A stretch of 64,000 nucleotides of DNA from Actinomycetota bacterium. Lineage in GTDB: Bacteria; Actinomycetota; Acidimicrobiia; IMCC26256; DASPTH01. This document shows positions 16,729-27,115 of the stretch, piece by piece. Positions within the stretch are counted from its first letter, which is position 1; every line of letters starts with the position of its first letter. The position numbers and the translations under genes are program-made. The stretch lies in assembly GCA_046727575.1 (NCBI GenBank), contig JBKPCV010000046.1, positions 9,474 through 73,473 of the forward strand, read 5' to 3'. The notes under the pieces are model-generated. The model was not told the DNA's origin, searched no databases, and was given only the letters and a program-made list of their open reading frames with translations.

Positions 16729-18423
16729 TCAGAGCCCGGCGAGTTCCGCTTCGAGCTGGCCGAGTCCCATGGGCCCGAGGTCGAGCGCGCGTCGGTGGAA
16801 CGCCTTGAGGTCGAAGCCGTTGCCCGCACGCCGCCGGGCGGCGTCACGCGCGCCGAGCCACACCCGTTCGCCGACCTTGTAGCTGATCGCCTGGCCGGGC
16901 AACCCGAGGTAGCGGTCGACTTCGCTCGCCATGAAGTCGGGCGGGAACTTGCTGCGCTCGATCACGAACGGCAGTGCGAGCTCGGGCGTCCACGTCTCGC
17001 CGGGCGCGTACCGCTCGTCGTCGGGGATCGCGAGCTCGAGGTGCATGCCGATGTCCACGACGACGCGCACCACGCGCATCGCCTGCGCGCGCAGCATGCC
17101 GAGCTCGTAGGCCGGGTCCTCGAGGTATCCGAGCTCGCCCATCAGGCGCTCCGCGTACAGCGCCCATCCCTCGGCGTGACCCGAGGTGCCGGCGAGCGTG
17201 CGCTGGTAACGGCTCAACGTGTCCGCGAGGTAGCGCACTTGCGCGATCTGGAGGTGATGCCCCGGGACGCCCTCGTGGTAGCAGATCGACACCTCGCCCC
17301 AGAGGGGGAACCGGGTCTTGCCGAGCGTCGGGTACCACGTACGGCCGGGGCGGCTGAAGTCCTCCGACGGGCCCGTGTAGTACATCGCCGCCGCGCCACC
17401 CGGCGGAGCGATCATCGCCTCGACCCGCTTCACCGGATCGGGGATGTCGAAGTGCGTGCCGTCGAGCTCGGCGACGGTCCGGTCGAGCAGCTCCTGGTTC
17501 CACCGCCGGAACTCGTTCACGCCCTCGATGATGCGGTTCGGGTCGTTCTCGAGGTGCTCGATCACCTCGTCGACGTCGACACCCGGAATGATGCGCTCGG
17601 CAACCTGGCGCATCGCGTGCTCGATCCGGTGCAGCTCGTCCCACCCCCACTCGTACGTCTCGTCGAGATCGAGCTCGATGCCGGAGAAGTCGCGCGCATA
17701 GAGCGCGTAGCGGTCGCGGCCGACCGGATCGTGCTCGACCGCGTGCGGCGCGTACTGCTCGACGAGATATCGGCCCATCGCCGCGTACGCGGCGGTCGCC
17801 CGCGCTGCGAGCTCCTCGAGCCGATGCGCGAACACCGTGTGTCCGAACCCGCGCTGTTCGTAGTCTTCGACGAGCGTGCCGAAGAAGGGCGGCGTCGACG
17901 GATCGACGCCGCCCCAGATGTCGGCCTGTTGGGCGCACGCCACCGCTTGGCGACGCGCCGCGACGACGCGCTGCTGCACGCCTTCGGTGAGCGCGGCCTC
18001 GATGCTCGCGAGGCCCTGCGGCACGAGCGCGAGTCGCTCGGCGATCGTCTGCCAATCGTCTTGAGTGTCACGCGGCATCAGGTCGAAGACCAGGCGCACG
18101 CCCTGGATCGGGCTGCCCAGAATGCGGACGTCCCGCAAACGCTCGCCGGCGTCGTGCTCCTCGAGCGCGAGATCGAGCCGTTCCTGCAGGACTCCCGCCG
18201 CCACGCGGTCCGCATCGGAATCGACCTTCAGCGTGGTGAGCGCACGCAGCGTGGCGCGGTTGTGCTCCGCCCGCTCGTCGATGGCGTCCGGCGAGTAGTC
18301 GGTCATCTCGTGGTCGTGGCCGGTGATGCCCTCGCCGGTGGCGGCGAGCGGGTCGAGTGCGGCGAACCGCTCCACGTAGGCGTCCGCGAGCTCGTAGACG
18401 TCTGAACGGTTGGTCATCGTCAT
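16729..18423 (-). CDS. DUF885 family protein
   Basis: I start at MTMTNRSDVYELADAYVERFAALDPLAATGEGITGHD, an N-terminus I recall as typical for DUF885. This ATG overlaps the upstream gene's stop (ATGA at 18420-18423). Confidence 0.75.
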   Translation of the reverse strand: MTMTNRSDVYELADAYVERFAALDPLAATGEGITGHDHEMTDYSPDAIDERAEHNRATLRALTTLKVDSDADRVAAGVLQERLDLALEEHDAGERLRDVRILGSPIQGVRLVFDLMPRDTQDDWQTIAERLALVPQGLASIEAALTEGVQQRVVAARRQAVACAQQADIWGGVDPSTPPFFGTLVEDYEQRGFGHTVFAHRLEELAARATAAYAAMGRYLVEQYAPHAVEHDPVGRDRYALYARDFSGIELDLDETYEWGWDELHRIEHAMRQVAERIIPGVDVDEVIEHLENDPNRIIEGVNEFRRWNQELLDRTVAELDGTHFDIPDPVKRVEAMIAPPGGAAAMYYTGPSEDFSRPGRTWYPTLGKTRFPLWGEVSICYHEGVPGHHLQIAQVRYLADTLSRYQRTLAGTSGHAEGWALYAERLMGELGYLEDPAYELGMLRAQAMRVVRVVVDIGMHLELAIPDDERYAPGETWTPELALPFVIERSKFPPDFMASEVDRYLGLPGQAISYKVGERVWLGARDAARRRAGNGFDLKAFHRRALDLGPMGLGQLEAELAGL

Positions 18424-20642
18424 CCTCGTGCGTTGTCTGTGGGCACGTACTGTCGGCACGGTTGTCCGCGAAGGCTCCCGCACGCGGGCAGCGGCGTGGT
18501 CACGTCGACTCCGGGTACGACCGGCAGCACGGCTCGCGACGGCCGCGCCGGGTCGATCGCGATCTCGTTCGTGACCTTGTGGTCGTAGGTGAGCGCGTCG
18601 AACGCCCACGATGGGCGGTTGCCGCCAGGAGGCTGGACGACGATGCGAACCCGCGAGCCCGCACGGAACACGTGGCCGAACGGAAACAGCGGAACCCGCA
18701 CGAGCGAGTATTCCCCCTTCGGGAGGGGCTTTGCATCTGCGGCGCGGTACGTGGGCACCGGGTGCAGCGCGGTCGACGCCGCCGAGTCGAGTGCGCGCTT
18801 GCTGGCGCGCAACCACCCGCTCTGGACGTAGGTCTCCTGGCGGTCGGGCCGCACCTCGCTCACGGTGACTTCGAGATCGACGTCGGGCGCGGTGGAACGC
18901 AGCCAGAGATCGACGCTCCCGGACCCGACCATCACGGTGTCGGACGGCAAGGGATCGGTGACGTAGGCCACTGCCTTGTCGCCGGGAAGCGGACGCCAGG
19001 TGAGCCGGGGCGCGCCCGCCAGGCCGCTCGCGTCCGCGTCGCGTGCTTCGTCGCGCCCGGCCGGTGCCGACGTGCGGGGCAGCGCCGCAGGGTCGTACGT
19101 GAACCGATCACTGCTGCTCGTGGTCGGCGGCGCGCTCGACAGCTGACCGCGCGGGGCGAAGTACCACCTCGTCGCGGTGGTCGCCGGCGGTGGCCAGCCC
19201 GCGAACGCGGCCTCGAAGCCGGCGACCGGTGCGCCGTCGGGACCGCCGGCGCCGCTGTCGAACAGCACCCGTACCGAAGGCTCGGCCTCGTAGGCGGCGC
19301 GGGCGGTGTCGTAGTCGCTCGCGGGGTCGAACCGATCGGGCGGCAGGGTGACACCGTTGCCGAACACGCCTGTGAGCGCGACCGATGCGATCGCACGAAC
19401 GGTGGGGGAGATGCTCGGGACCCGGTGGGCGACGTAGAAGTCGAGGAACTCCGACCACCGGGTGACCACTTCCGGTCCGAACGAGTCGGCATGCACGCCG
19501 TTCATCAGCGTGGCCTTGACCACGACGCCCGGGGCGAAATTGTCGAGCATCTCGGGGAAGTGGCCGCCCGTCTCTTCGTCCTGCCACGTTCCGGCGAGGA
19601 AGACGGGGACGTCGATCCGGTCGACGAACGTCGCGGGCGCGAGCGCGTCGGCCGCCCGCCCTCGGCCTCGGCCCAGCTGTTGGATCTCGCGCTCGACGTT
19701 CGGGGACTGCAGCCGCAGGGCCTGGTTCGTCTTGCACGTCGTGTCGCCATTGGCGATTCGCTTGCGGACCCACTCGGACGCCGACGGGCGGGCGTCGTGC
19801 TGGCGGTCCTTCGCCCATGACACCGCGAACCCGTCGTTCAGGATGCCGCCGGGGTAGAGGGTCTGGTACGTGTCGTCGAGGACCGATAGCGGCGCGATCG
19901 CGGCGAGGTGCGGCGGCCGCGTCGCCGCGACGAAGAGCTGCGTCAACCCGGCAAACGAGATGCCGACCATGCCGACCATCCCGCGGGCGACCCACGGTTG
20001 CGCGGCGACGGTCTCGATCACGTCGTACCCGTCGAGTGACTGGAGCGGCTCGAAGTAGTCGAACGCGCCTCCTGAGCAGCCGGTGCCCCGCAGGTTCACG
20101 CCCACCGTCGCGTAGCCGAGCAGCTGCGCGATGGCGGATGCCGGTTGGCGGCCATTGGGGTTGGATGGGTCGTAGCCCGAGTACTCGACGACGGTCGGGT
20201 AGGGGCCGTCATCGACGGGGCCGGGCAAGACGACATTGACCGAGAGCCGGGTCCCGTCGCGAGTCGTGATGTACCCGAAGCCCGGCCCGATTCGCTGGGA
20301 CGTGTACGTCGACGGCGGAGGAACGTCTGTCGTACGCGTGACGGTCACCGGCTCCGCATGCGCGTCGCCGGCCGACACGACATACCCCCGGGCGGGCGGG
20401 ACGGCGCGGAATAACGCGCTGCCCTGGCGGTCGACGGTCTTGCGCGCGACGGTGGTGCCCGCGCCGTCGAGCAGTCGTGCCGTTGCGCCCGCGGGCGCGT
20501 TCGTGACCGCGACCTGGCGCACGCTGCCCTGCACCTGGAGGTCGGGCGCTGCCGCGGCCTGCCCCTTCGCAGCGAAGCCGGTGACCGCCAGCGACATCGC
20601 CGTGACCAACACCGCGGCGCGCCGGATTGCGGATCGCGCCAC
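18420..20642 (-). CDS. CocE/NonD family hydrolase (X-Pro dipeptidyl-peptidase-like), secreted
   Basis: GYITTRDGTRLSVNVVLPG...VEYSGYD...VGVNLRGTGCSGGAFDYF...MVGISFAG. Signal-like N-terminus AAVLVTAMSLAVTGFAAKGQAAAAP. The start is placed at GTG 20642 so it does not overlap the divergent SDR gene; it remains uncertain. Confidence 0.75.
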   Translation of the reverse strand: MARSAIRRAAVLVTAMSLAVTGFAAKGQAAAAPDLQVQGSVRQVAVTNAPAGATARLLDGAGTTVARKTVDRQGSALFRAVPPARGYVVSAGDAHAEPVTVTRTTDVPPPSTYTSQRIGPGFGYITTRDGTRLSVNVVLPGPVDDGPYPTVVEYSGYDPSNPNGRQPASAIAQLLGYATVGVNLRGTGCSGGAFDYFEPLQSLDGYDVIETVAAQPWVARGMVGMVGISFAGLTQLFVAATRPPHLAAIAPLSVLDDTYQTLYPGGILNDGFAVSWAKDRQHDARPSASEWVRKRIANGDTTCKTNQALRLQSPNVEREIQQLGRGRGRAADALAPATFVDRIDVPVFLAGTWQDEETGGHFPEMLDNFAPGVVVKATLMNGVHADSFGPEVVTRWSEFLDFYVAHRVPSISPTVRAIASVALTGVFGNGVTLPPDRFDPASDYDTARAAYEAEPSVRVLFDSGAGGPDGAPVAGFEAAFAGWPPPATTATRWYFAPRGQLSSAPPTTSSSDRFTYDPAALPRTSAPAGRDEARDADASGLAGAPRLTWRPLPGDKAVAYVTDPLPSDTVMVGSGSVDLWLRSTAPDVDLEVTVSEVRPDRQETYVQSGWLRASKRALDSAASTALHPVPTYRAADAKPLPKGEYSLVRVPLFPFGHVFRAGSRVRIVVQPPGGNRPSWAFDALTYDHKVTNEIAIDPARPSRAVLPVVPGVDVTTPLPACGSLRGQPCRQYVPTDNARG

Positions 20643-20686
20643 GTCGAGGACGGTACCGCGCCCCTGGGCCGTGGCAGGATCGGGCG

Positions 20687-21532
20687 GTGACGAGCATCGA
20701 GGGGTCACACGCCATCGTGACGGGCGGGTCGAGCGGCATCGGTCTCGCAACCGCGCGGCTGCTCGTCGCGCGTGGTGCGCGGGTGTCGCTGGTGGCGCGC
20801 GACCGCGCCCGGCTCGCCGCGGCCGAACGTGAAGTCGCGGGCGAGGCGCCGCGCGGCTCCTCGCCGGCGGTGCGCGTATCGAGCGCGAGCGCCGACGTAC
20901 GCGACGCCGGCGCGCTGCACGAAGCGGTCGCGCGGCTCGCCGAGACTCTGGGTCCGTGCGACGTCCTCGTGGCGGCGGCGGGGACTGCGCACCCCGGCTA
21001 CTTCGAGCGCCTCGACGATGCTGTTTTCCGCGACCAGATGGAGGTCGACTACTTCGGCACCCTCCACGCCGTTCGCTCGGTCGTGGGCTCGATGACGGAG
21101 CGTGGGCGCGGCCATCTCGTGCTGGTGTCGTCGACCGCCGCGCTGATCGGCGTCTTCGGGTACAGCGCGTACGCGCCTGCCAAAGCGGCGGTCCGGAGCC
21201 TCGCCGAGTCGTTGCGCCCCGAGCTCCAGCCTTCGGGTGTGAAGGTGTCGTGCGCTTTCCCTCCCGACACGCGGACGCCGGGGTTCGAGCGTGAGAACGC
21301 GCTGAAGCCCGAAGAGACCGCGCTGATCTCCGCCTCGATCAAACCGCGCGACCCCATGGCGGTCGCGCGTGCGATCGTGCGCGGCATCGAACGGGACCGA
21401 TTCGTGATCACCGCCGACGTGCAAACCGCGGCACTGGCGCGCGCAGCCCGTCTGTTCGACCCGTTGGTGCGGCGCACCACCGACCGTGCGGTACGAGCGG
21501 TACGAAGACAACGCGGTACGTTCGGGCCATGA
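20687..21532 (+). CDS. SDR family oxidoreductase
   Basis: [25 protein letters not shown] (TGxxxGxG), with catalytic Y in [14 protein letters not shown] start at 20687. Confidence 0.8.
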   Translation: MTSIEGSHAIVTGGSSGIGLATARLLVARGARVSLVARDRARLAAAEREVAGEAPRGSSPAVRVSSASADVRDAGALHEAVARLAETLGPCDVLVAAAGTAHPGYFERLDDAVFRDQMEVDYFGTLHAVRSVVGSMTERGRGHLVLVSSTAALIGVFGYSAYAPAKAAVRSLAESLRPELQPSGVKVSCAFPPDTRTPGFERENALKPEETALISASIKPRDPMAVARAIVRGIERDRFVITADVQTAALARAARLFDPLVRRTTDRAVRAVRRQRGTFGP

Positions 21533-22920
21533 CGACGCGCACCGAGACCGACTCCATGGGTGCTATCGAAGTTCCGGCTGGGCACTACTGGGGCGCCCAG
21601 ACGCAGCGCTCCCTTCATCACTTCGCCATCGGCGACAACCGGATGCCCCGCGCGGTGATCCGTGGGATGGCAGTCCTCAAGAAGGCCGCTGCGATCGTGA
21701 ACCGGGAGTTGGGCAAGCTCTCGCCGGAGAAGGCGGCTCTCATCATCCAGGCGGCCGACGAGATCCTCGACGGCGAGCTCGACGACGAGTTCCCGCTGTC
21801 GGTGTGGCAGACGGGCAGCGGCACGCAGACGAACATGAACGTCAACGAGGTGATCTCCAACCGCGCCATCGAGCTCGCGGGTGGGGAGATCGGGACGAAG
21901 AAGCCGATCCACCCGAACGACGACGTGAACATGTCGCAGTCGTCGAACGACACGTTTCCGACGGCCATGCACATTGCCGCCGCCGAAAACCTCGTGCACG
22001 AGCTCGTGCCGTCCGTGCGACGCCTTCGGGCCGCGCTCGCGGCCAAGGCCGAGGAGTTCGCCCCCATCGTGAAGATCGGGCGGACGCACCTCCAAGACGC
22101 GGTGCCCCTCACGCTCGGCCAGGAGTTCGGCGGCTACGTCGCGCAGCTCGACGCCGACCTCGAGCGCATCGAGCAGGTGCTCCCAGGCTTGTACGAGCTC
22201 GCGATCGGGGGCACCGCCGTGGGCACCGGCCTGAACACGCACCCCGAGTTCGCCGAGCGCACCGCGGCGGAGATCGCGGCGCTCACCGGGCTCCCGTTCG
22301 TTTCCGCGCCCAACAAGTTTGCGGCGCTGGCGGCCCACGACGCGCTGGTGTTCGCGAGCGGCGCGCTCAGGACGCTCGCGGTGTCGCTCATGAAGATCGC
22401 CAACGACATCCGGTGGTTGGCATCGGGGCCGCGGGCCGGACTCGGCGAGCTGATCCTCCCCGAGAACGAGCCTGGCTCGTCGATCATGCCGGGCAAGGTC
22501 AATCCCACCCAGAGCGAAGCCATGACGATGGTGTGTGTCCAGGTCATGGGCAACGACACGACGATCGGGATCGCCGGCTCGCAGGGGAACTTCGAGCTGA
22601 ATGTCTTCAAGCCGGTGATGATCTTCAACCTGCTTCACTCCGTGGACCTGCTCGCCGGTGCGTGCGACGGGTTCCGCGAGTTCGCGGTCGAGGGCGTGCA
22701 GGCCGACGAAGAGGCCATCGCCGAGTACGTGGCCGACTCGCTCATGGCGGTCACAGCGCTCACGCCGCACATCGGCTACGACTCCGCAGCCGCGGTTGCC
22801 AAGCACGCGCACCAGCACAGGCTCAGGCTCAAGGACGCGGTTGTCGGCCTCGGACACCTCACCGCGGAGGAGTTCGACCGGCTCGTGCGGCCGGAGAACA
22901 TGACGCGCCCAGGGGAATAG
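21529..22920 (+). CDS. fumC: class II fumarate hydratase
   Basis: [24 protein letters not shown] plus signature [21 protein letters not shown] overlap with the SDR gene. Confidence 0.9.
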   Translation: MTTRTETDSMGAIEVPAGHYWGAQTQRSLHHFAIGDNRMPRAVIRGMAVLKKAAAIVNRELGKLSPEKAALIIQAADEILDGELDDEFPLSVWQTGSGTQTNMNVNEVISNRAIELAGGEIGTKKPIHPNDDVNMSQSSNDTFPTAMHIAAAENLVHELVPSVRRLRAALAAKAEEFAPIVKIGRTHLQDAVPLTLGQEFGGYVAQLDADLERIEQVLPGLYELAIGGTAVGTGLNTHPEFAERTAAEIAALTGLPFVSAPNKFAALAAHDALVFASGALRTLAVSLMKIANDIRWLASGPRAGLGELILPENEPGSSIMPGKVNPTQSEAMTMVCVQVMGNDTTIGIAGSQGNFELNVFKPVMIFNLLHSVDLLAGACDGFREFAVEGVQADEEAIAEYVADSLMAVTALTPHIGYDSAAAVAKHAHQHRLRLKDAVVGLGHLTAEEFDRLVRPENMTRPGE

Positions 22921-22950
22921 GCTGCGGCAAACAGACCGAGGGGAGTACCT

Positions 22951-23439
22951 GTGTCCATCTACGACGCGAAGATCAAGACGCTCGAGGGCGAACCGGCCGA
23001 CTTGTCGGAGTACAAGGGCAAAGCGCTGCTCATGGTGAACGTCGCCTCGAAGTGCGGGCTCACGCCGCAGTACGAAGGACTGCAGGGTCTCCACGAGAAG
23101 TACGCCGCCCGGGGCTTCGAGGTGCTCGGCTTCCCGTGCAACCAGTTCATGGGTCAGGAGCCGGGAACACCCGAGGAGATCCGGGAGTTCTGCGACACGA
23201 ACTACCAGGTGACGTTCCCGCTGTTCGAGAAGATCGACGTCAACGGTGCCCAACGGCACGCCGTGTACGAAGAGCTCACCGCGACGCCCGACGCCGAGGG
23301 CGAAGCCGGCGACGTGAAGTGGAACTTCGAGAAGTTCCTGATCTCGCCGGACGGCAACATCGTCGCCCGGTTCCGACCCCAGGTCACCCCGGAAGACGCG
23401 GCGATGGTCACGGCGATCGAGGAACAGCTCCCGGGCTAA
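22951..23439 (+). CDS. gpx: glutathione peroxidase family protein (Cys type)
   Basis: LMVNVASKCGLTPQY...LGFPCNQF...WNFEKFL. The active-site residue is encoded by TGC (Cys), not TGA. Confidence 0.9.
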   Translation: MSIYDAKIKTLEGEPADLSEYKGKALLMVNVASKCGLTPQYEGLQGLHEKYAARGFEVLGFPCNQFMGQEPGTPEEIREFCDTNYQVTFPLFEKIDVNGAQRHAVYEELTATPDAEGEAGDVKWNFEKFLISPDGNIVARFRPQVTPEDAAMVTAIEEQLPG

Positions 23440-23445
23440 CGCTTC

Positions 23446-23475
23446 ACGGGAGGGGGGGCAGGCCCCCTCCCGTGC
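23446..23475 (+). terminator. GC-rich hairpin just after gpx (12-bp perfect stem, 6-nt loop)
   Basis: CACGGGAGGGGG-GGCAGG-CCCCCTCCCGTG starts 7 nt after the gpx stop. No U-tract follows. Confidence 0.5.
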
Positions 23476-23702
23476 CTCCCCCGGCGCGACTCTGTCGCAG
23501 TCGAGCGGGATCCGGGGCGGCACAGCCGCCCCTCGGCGCCTGGGTTCTTCGCGGGGGGACGGCTCATTGCTGCCCTCCCCCGCCGAGAAAGCCGGGCGTT
23601 TCGCTCGGGAATGGCGGGCCTCGGGACTGCGTTGTCTCTGCCGTAATCGTGTAATCAAGCCGTGGTGTCGAGGCATGTGCCTGGGCCCCACCTGAAGGAA
23701 CG

Positions 23703-26042
23703 ATGATGCCCGAGACCGAGATCCTCACCCTGCCGTTGCTGCCACTGCCGAACGGGGTCGTCCTGCCCCAGATGGTCGTGACGCTCGCGATCGAATCGGC
23801 CGAGGCACGGGACGCGGCGATGGGCGCCCTGACGGCGGACCGCCGCGTGCTCCTCGTGCCCCGTGTCGGGTCCGGCTACGCCCGGATCGGGACCATCGCC
23901 CGCGTCGAGAACGAGGGCGAGCTGCCCGGTGGTGGACGCGCCCTGGTACTTCGCGGCCTTTCCCGCGCGGTCGTCGGCTCGCCGGCGCAGAGTGACCGCA
24001 TCGGCGTGTGGGTCAACGCCGAGCCGGTGGTGGAGCCCACCTCCGTGTCGGGTCGTGCCCGGGAACTTGCCCGGGAGTACCGCGCCATCGTGCGGGGCAT
24101 CGCCGAGCGACTCGGTTCGGCGAGGTTCGCCGACGCCCTGCAGGGCGTCGATGACATCGGCGCGCTCGCTGACACTGCCGGCTGGTCACCTGACCTGTCG
24201 ATCGAGCGCAAGGTCGAGCTGCTCGAGACGATCGACCCCGAGGCTCGCCTCGAGAAGGCGCTCACCTGGGCGCGCGAGGCGCTCGCCGAGCTCGACGTGT
24301 CGGAGCAGATTCGCCGACGCGTCACCGACGACATGGACAAGACGCAGCGCGAGTTCCTCCTGCGTCAACAGCTGGCTGCAATTCGCAAGGAGCTCGGCGA
24401 GAGCGGCGACGAGGACGACGCCGTGGCGGAGTACCGGCGCCGGCTCGATGAGACACAGCTGCCCGACGCAGCGCGCGAAGCGATCACACGCGAGGTCGAC
24501 CGCCTCGAGCGCACGAGCGAGCAGAGTCCGGAGCACGGCTGGATCCGCACCTGGATCGACACCGCGCTCGACGTGCCGTGGGGCACGCGCTCCGACGACA
24601 AGCTCGACGTGGGCGAAGCGCGCACGATCCTCGACGCCGACCACACCGGACTGGACGACGTGAAGGACCGCATCGTGGAGTACCTCGCGGTCCGCAAGCT
24701 GCGCGCCGGGCGCGGGATGACCGACACCGGTGTGCGCGGTGCCGGCGCGATTCTCGCATTGGTCGGCCCGCCGGGCGTCGGCAAGACCTCGCTCGGCGAG
24801 TCGGTGGCGCGTGCGCTCGGCCGCAAGTTCGTGCGCGTCGCGCTCGGTGGTGTGCACGACGAGGCGGAGCTCCGCGGTCACCGTCGCACCTACGTCGGCG
24901 CGCGGCCCGGCCGGATCGTGCGCGCGATCACCGAGGCGGGCACGATGAACCCTGTGATCGTCCTCGACGAGGTCGACAAGCTCGGCGCGGACTGGCGCGG
25001 CGATCCGTCGTCAGCCTTGCTCGAAGTGCTCGACCCCGCGCAGAACCACACCTTCCGCGACCACTACCTGGAGATCGATCTCGACCTCTCGGACGTGCTG
25101 TTCCTCGCCACCGGGAACCTCGCGGAGACGATTCCCGGACCGCTGCTCGACAGGCTCGAGGTGATCCGGCTCGACGGGTACACCGAGGACGAGAAGGTCA
25201 CCATCGCTCGCGAGCACTTGCTGGCGCGCCAGCTCGAGCGCAACGGCCTCACCGCCGACGACGTCTCGGTCTCCGACGACGCGCTGCGTCATGTCGTCGT
25301 CGACTACACGCGGGAAGCGGGTGTCCGCAACCTCGAGCGCGAGCTCGGCAAGCTGCTCCGCAAGACCGCGGCGCGCGTCGCGACTGGTGAGGTCGCGCCG
25401 CCAGTCGTCATCGGCGAGGACGAGGTGACGCCCGCGCTCGGTCGTCCCAGGTTCTTCCCCGAGGTCGCGGACCGCGCGACGATGCCGGGCGTGGCGACGG
25501 GGCTCGCGGTGACCGGCACCGGTGGGGATGTGCTCTTCATCGAGGCGAACGTGATGGACGGTGAAGGTCTGACGCTCACCGGTCAGCTCGGCGACGTGAT
25601 GAAGGAATCGGCGCAGATCGCCTTGTCGTACGTTCAGGCGCACGCGGCTGAATTCGGCATCGCGCCGCAAAAGGCCGCTCGTCGGTTCCACGTGCACGTG
25701 CCCGCGGGCGCGATCCCGAAGGACGGCCCGTCGGCCGGCGTCACGATGACCACGGCCCTGGTGAGCCTCCTGACCGGAAGGCCCGTCCGTGCCGGCGTCG
25801 GGATGACCGGCGAGGTCACTCTGCAGGGACGCGTCCTGCCGATCGGCGGTGTGAAGCAGAAGGTCCTGGCCGCGCAGCGTGCGGGACTGGACACCGTCAT
25901 CCTGCCGCAACGCAACGGGCCCGACCTCGACGACGTGCCCGAGTCGGTACGCGACGTCATGACGTTCCATCTCGTCGACGACGTGCGCGAGGTGCTCGCG
26001 CTCGCGCTCGACGAGGTGGCCGAGGCTCGCGCCGCCGCGTAA
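23703..26042 (+). CDS. lon: ATP-dependent Lon protease
   Basis: 779 aa. LON N-domain, Walker [25 protein letters not shown], and protease motif [11 protein letters not shown]...[14 protein letters not shown]. Confidence 0.92.
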   Translation: MMPETEILTLPLLPLPNGVVLPQMVVTLAIESAEARDAAMGALTADRRVLLVPRVGSGYARIGTIARVENEGELPGGGRALVLRGLSRAVVGSPAQSDRIGVWVNAEPVVEPTSVSGRARELAREYRAIVRGIAERLGSARFADALQGVDDIGALADTAGWSPDLSIERKVELLETIDPEARLEKALTWAREALAELDVSEQIRRRVTDDMDKTQREFLLRQQLAAIRKELGESGDEDDAVAEYRRRLDETQLPDAAREAITREVDRLERTSEQSPEHGWIRTWIDTALDVPWGTRSDDKLDVGEARTILDADHTGLDDVKDRIVEYLAVRKLRAGRGMTDTGVRGAGAILALVGPPGVGKTSLGESVARALGRKFVRVALGGVHDEAELRGHRRTYVGARPGRIVRAITEAGTMNPVIVLDEVDKLGADWRGDPSSALLEVLDPAQNHTFRDHYLEIDLDLSDVLFLATGNLAETIPGPLLDRLEVIRLDGYTEDEKVTIAREHLLARQLERNGLTADDVSVSDDALRHVVVDYTREAGVRNLERELGKLLRKTAARVATGEVAPPVVIGEDEVTPALGRPRFFPEVADRATMPGVATGLAVTGTGGDVLFIEANVMDGEGLTLTGQLGDVMKESAQIALSYVQAHAAEFGIAPQKAARRFHVHVPAGAIPKDGPSAGVTMTTALVSLLTGRPVRAGVGMTGEVTLQGRVLPIGGVKQKVLAAQRAGLDTVILPQRNGPDLDDVPESVRDVMTFHLVDDVREVLALALDEVAEARAAA

Positions 26043-26086
26043 CGACGGGTCGACTCCGCTGCGCCGCCGCGTCACCGTCTCGACGG

Positions 26087-27115
26087 TTACGCGGCGGTCG
26101 TGCGGAATTCGATGCGCTCGCCCTCCGCGAGCGGGAAGTGACACGCGACGAACTGTCCAGGCGCGAGCTCCCGGACTCTCGGCTCTTCCTCGGCGCACCG
26201 TTCCTGTGCCCTCGGGCACCGGGTGCGGAAGCGGCAACCGGAAGGCGGACTCGTGGGTGAGGGGATCTCTCCACCGAGCACGTCCGACTCCTCGAGATGC
26301 GCGTGGGGGTCTGGCACGGGGATCGCGGCCAGCAAGGCCGCCGTGTACGGATGGGCCGGGCGCGCGTACAGATCGTCCGGCCCTCCGACTTCGCAGAGCT
26401 TGCCGAGGTACATCACGGCCACGCGATCGCTCACGTTCTTCACGACTGCGAGGTCGTGCGCGATGAACAGCAGCGTGAGCCCGTACTCGGCCTTCATGTC
26501 CTCGAGCAGATTGAGGATCTGCGCTTGCACGGACACGTCGAGCGCGGACACCGGCTCGTCGCAGATGATGAGCTTGGGCTCGGTGATCACGGCGCGCGCG
26601 ATGGAGATGCGCTGACACTGTCCGCCGGAGAACTCGTGTGGCCGCCGCCCACGTGCGGCATCGGGATCGAGGCCGACCGTGGCCAGCGTCGCGTCGACCT
26701 TCTCCTTGCGCGACGCGCGGTCGCCGATCTGCCAGATGTCGAGGCCTTCGCTCACGATGTCCCCGACCTTGCGGCGGGGGTTGAGCGACGAGATCGGGTC
26801 CTGGAAGATCATCTGCATCCGGGGCCGCAACTGGCGCAGCTCTTCGCCGCCGATGCTCGTGAGCTCGATACCGTCGAAGTCCACCCGACCCGACGTCGGC
26901 GGCGGCAGCTGCATGATCGCCCGCCCTGTGGTCGACTTGCCGCACCCCGACTCACCGACGAGCCCGAGCGTCTCACCCTCGAGCAAGTCGAGGCTGATCC
27001 CGGAGACTGCGTGCACCCGCTTCCCTCCCGCCGCCTGGAACTCGACCACGAGGTCCTCGACCCGTAACAGCACGCGGTCGTCCGAGCGAAGGTGCGCGGT
27101 GCCCGTGCCTGCCAT
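26087..27115 (-). CDS. peptide ABC transporter ATP-binding protein (OppF/DppF-like)
   Basis: I start at MAGTG. Walker A GESGCGKST, signature FSGGQCQR, and a C-terminal oligopeptide/dipeptide extension. Overlaps the upstream stop (TGATG). Confidence 0.85.
   Translation of the reverse strand: MAGTGTAHLRSDDRVLLRVEDLVVEFQAAGGKRVHAVSGISLDLLEGETLGLVGESGCGKSTTGRAIMQLPPPTSGRVDFDGIELTSIGGEELRQLRPRMQMIFQDPISSLNPRRKVGDIVSEGLDIWQIGDRASRKEKVDATLATVGLDPDAARGRRPHEFSGGQCQRISIARAVITEPKLIICDEPVSALDVSVQAQILNLLEDMKAEYGLTLLFIAHDLAVVKNVSDRVAVMYLGKLCEVGGPDDLYARPAHPYTAALLAAIPVPDPHAHLEESDVLGGEIPSPTSPPSGCRFRTRCPRAQERCAEEEPRVRELAPGQFVACHFPLAEGERIEFRTTAA

Noticed and set aside
22951-23439. Selenocysteine-containing glutathione peroxidase
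   Set aside because: The active-site codon is TGC (Cys). There is no in-frame TGA and no SECIS-like requirement.
21049-23691. 880-aa ORF on the minus strand, and similar very long ORFs at 47145-49586, 8552-10231, 25011-26945, 55620-57020 and 16795-18405
   Set aside because: They run antisense to, or out of frame with, genes that have clear family motifs (fumC, gpx, MerR, nrdJ, lon and others). Their translations are Arg/Ala/Pro/Gly-rich low-complexity strings, typical of stop-codon-poor GC-rich DNA.
23476-23702. CIRCE (TTAGCACTC-N9-GAGTGCTAA) or HAIR (CTTGAGT-N7-ACTCAAG) heat-shock operator upstream of lon
   Set aside because: No match to either consensus by eye.
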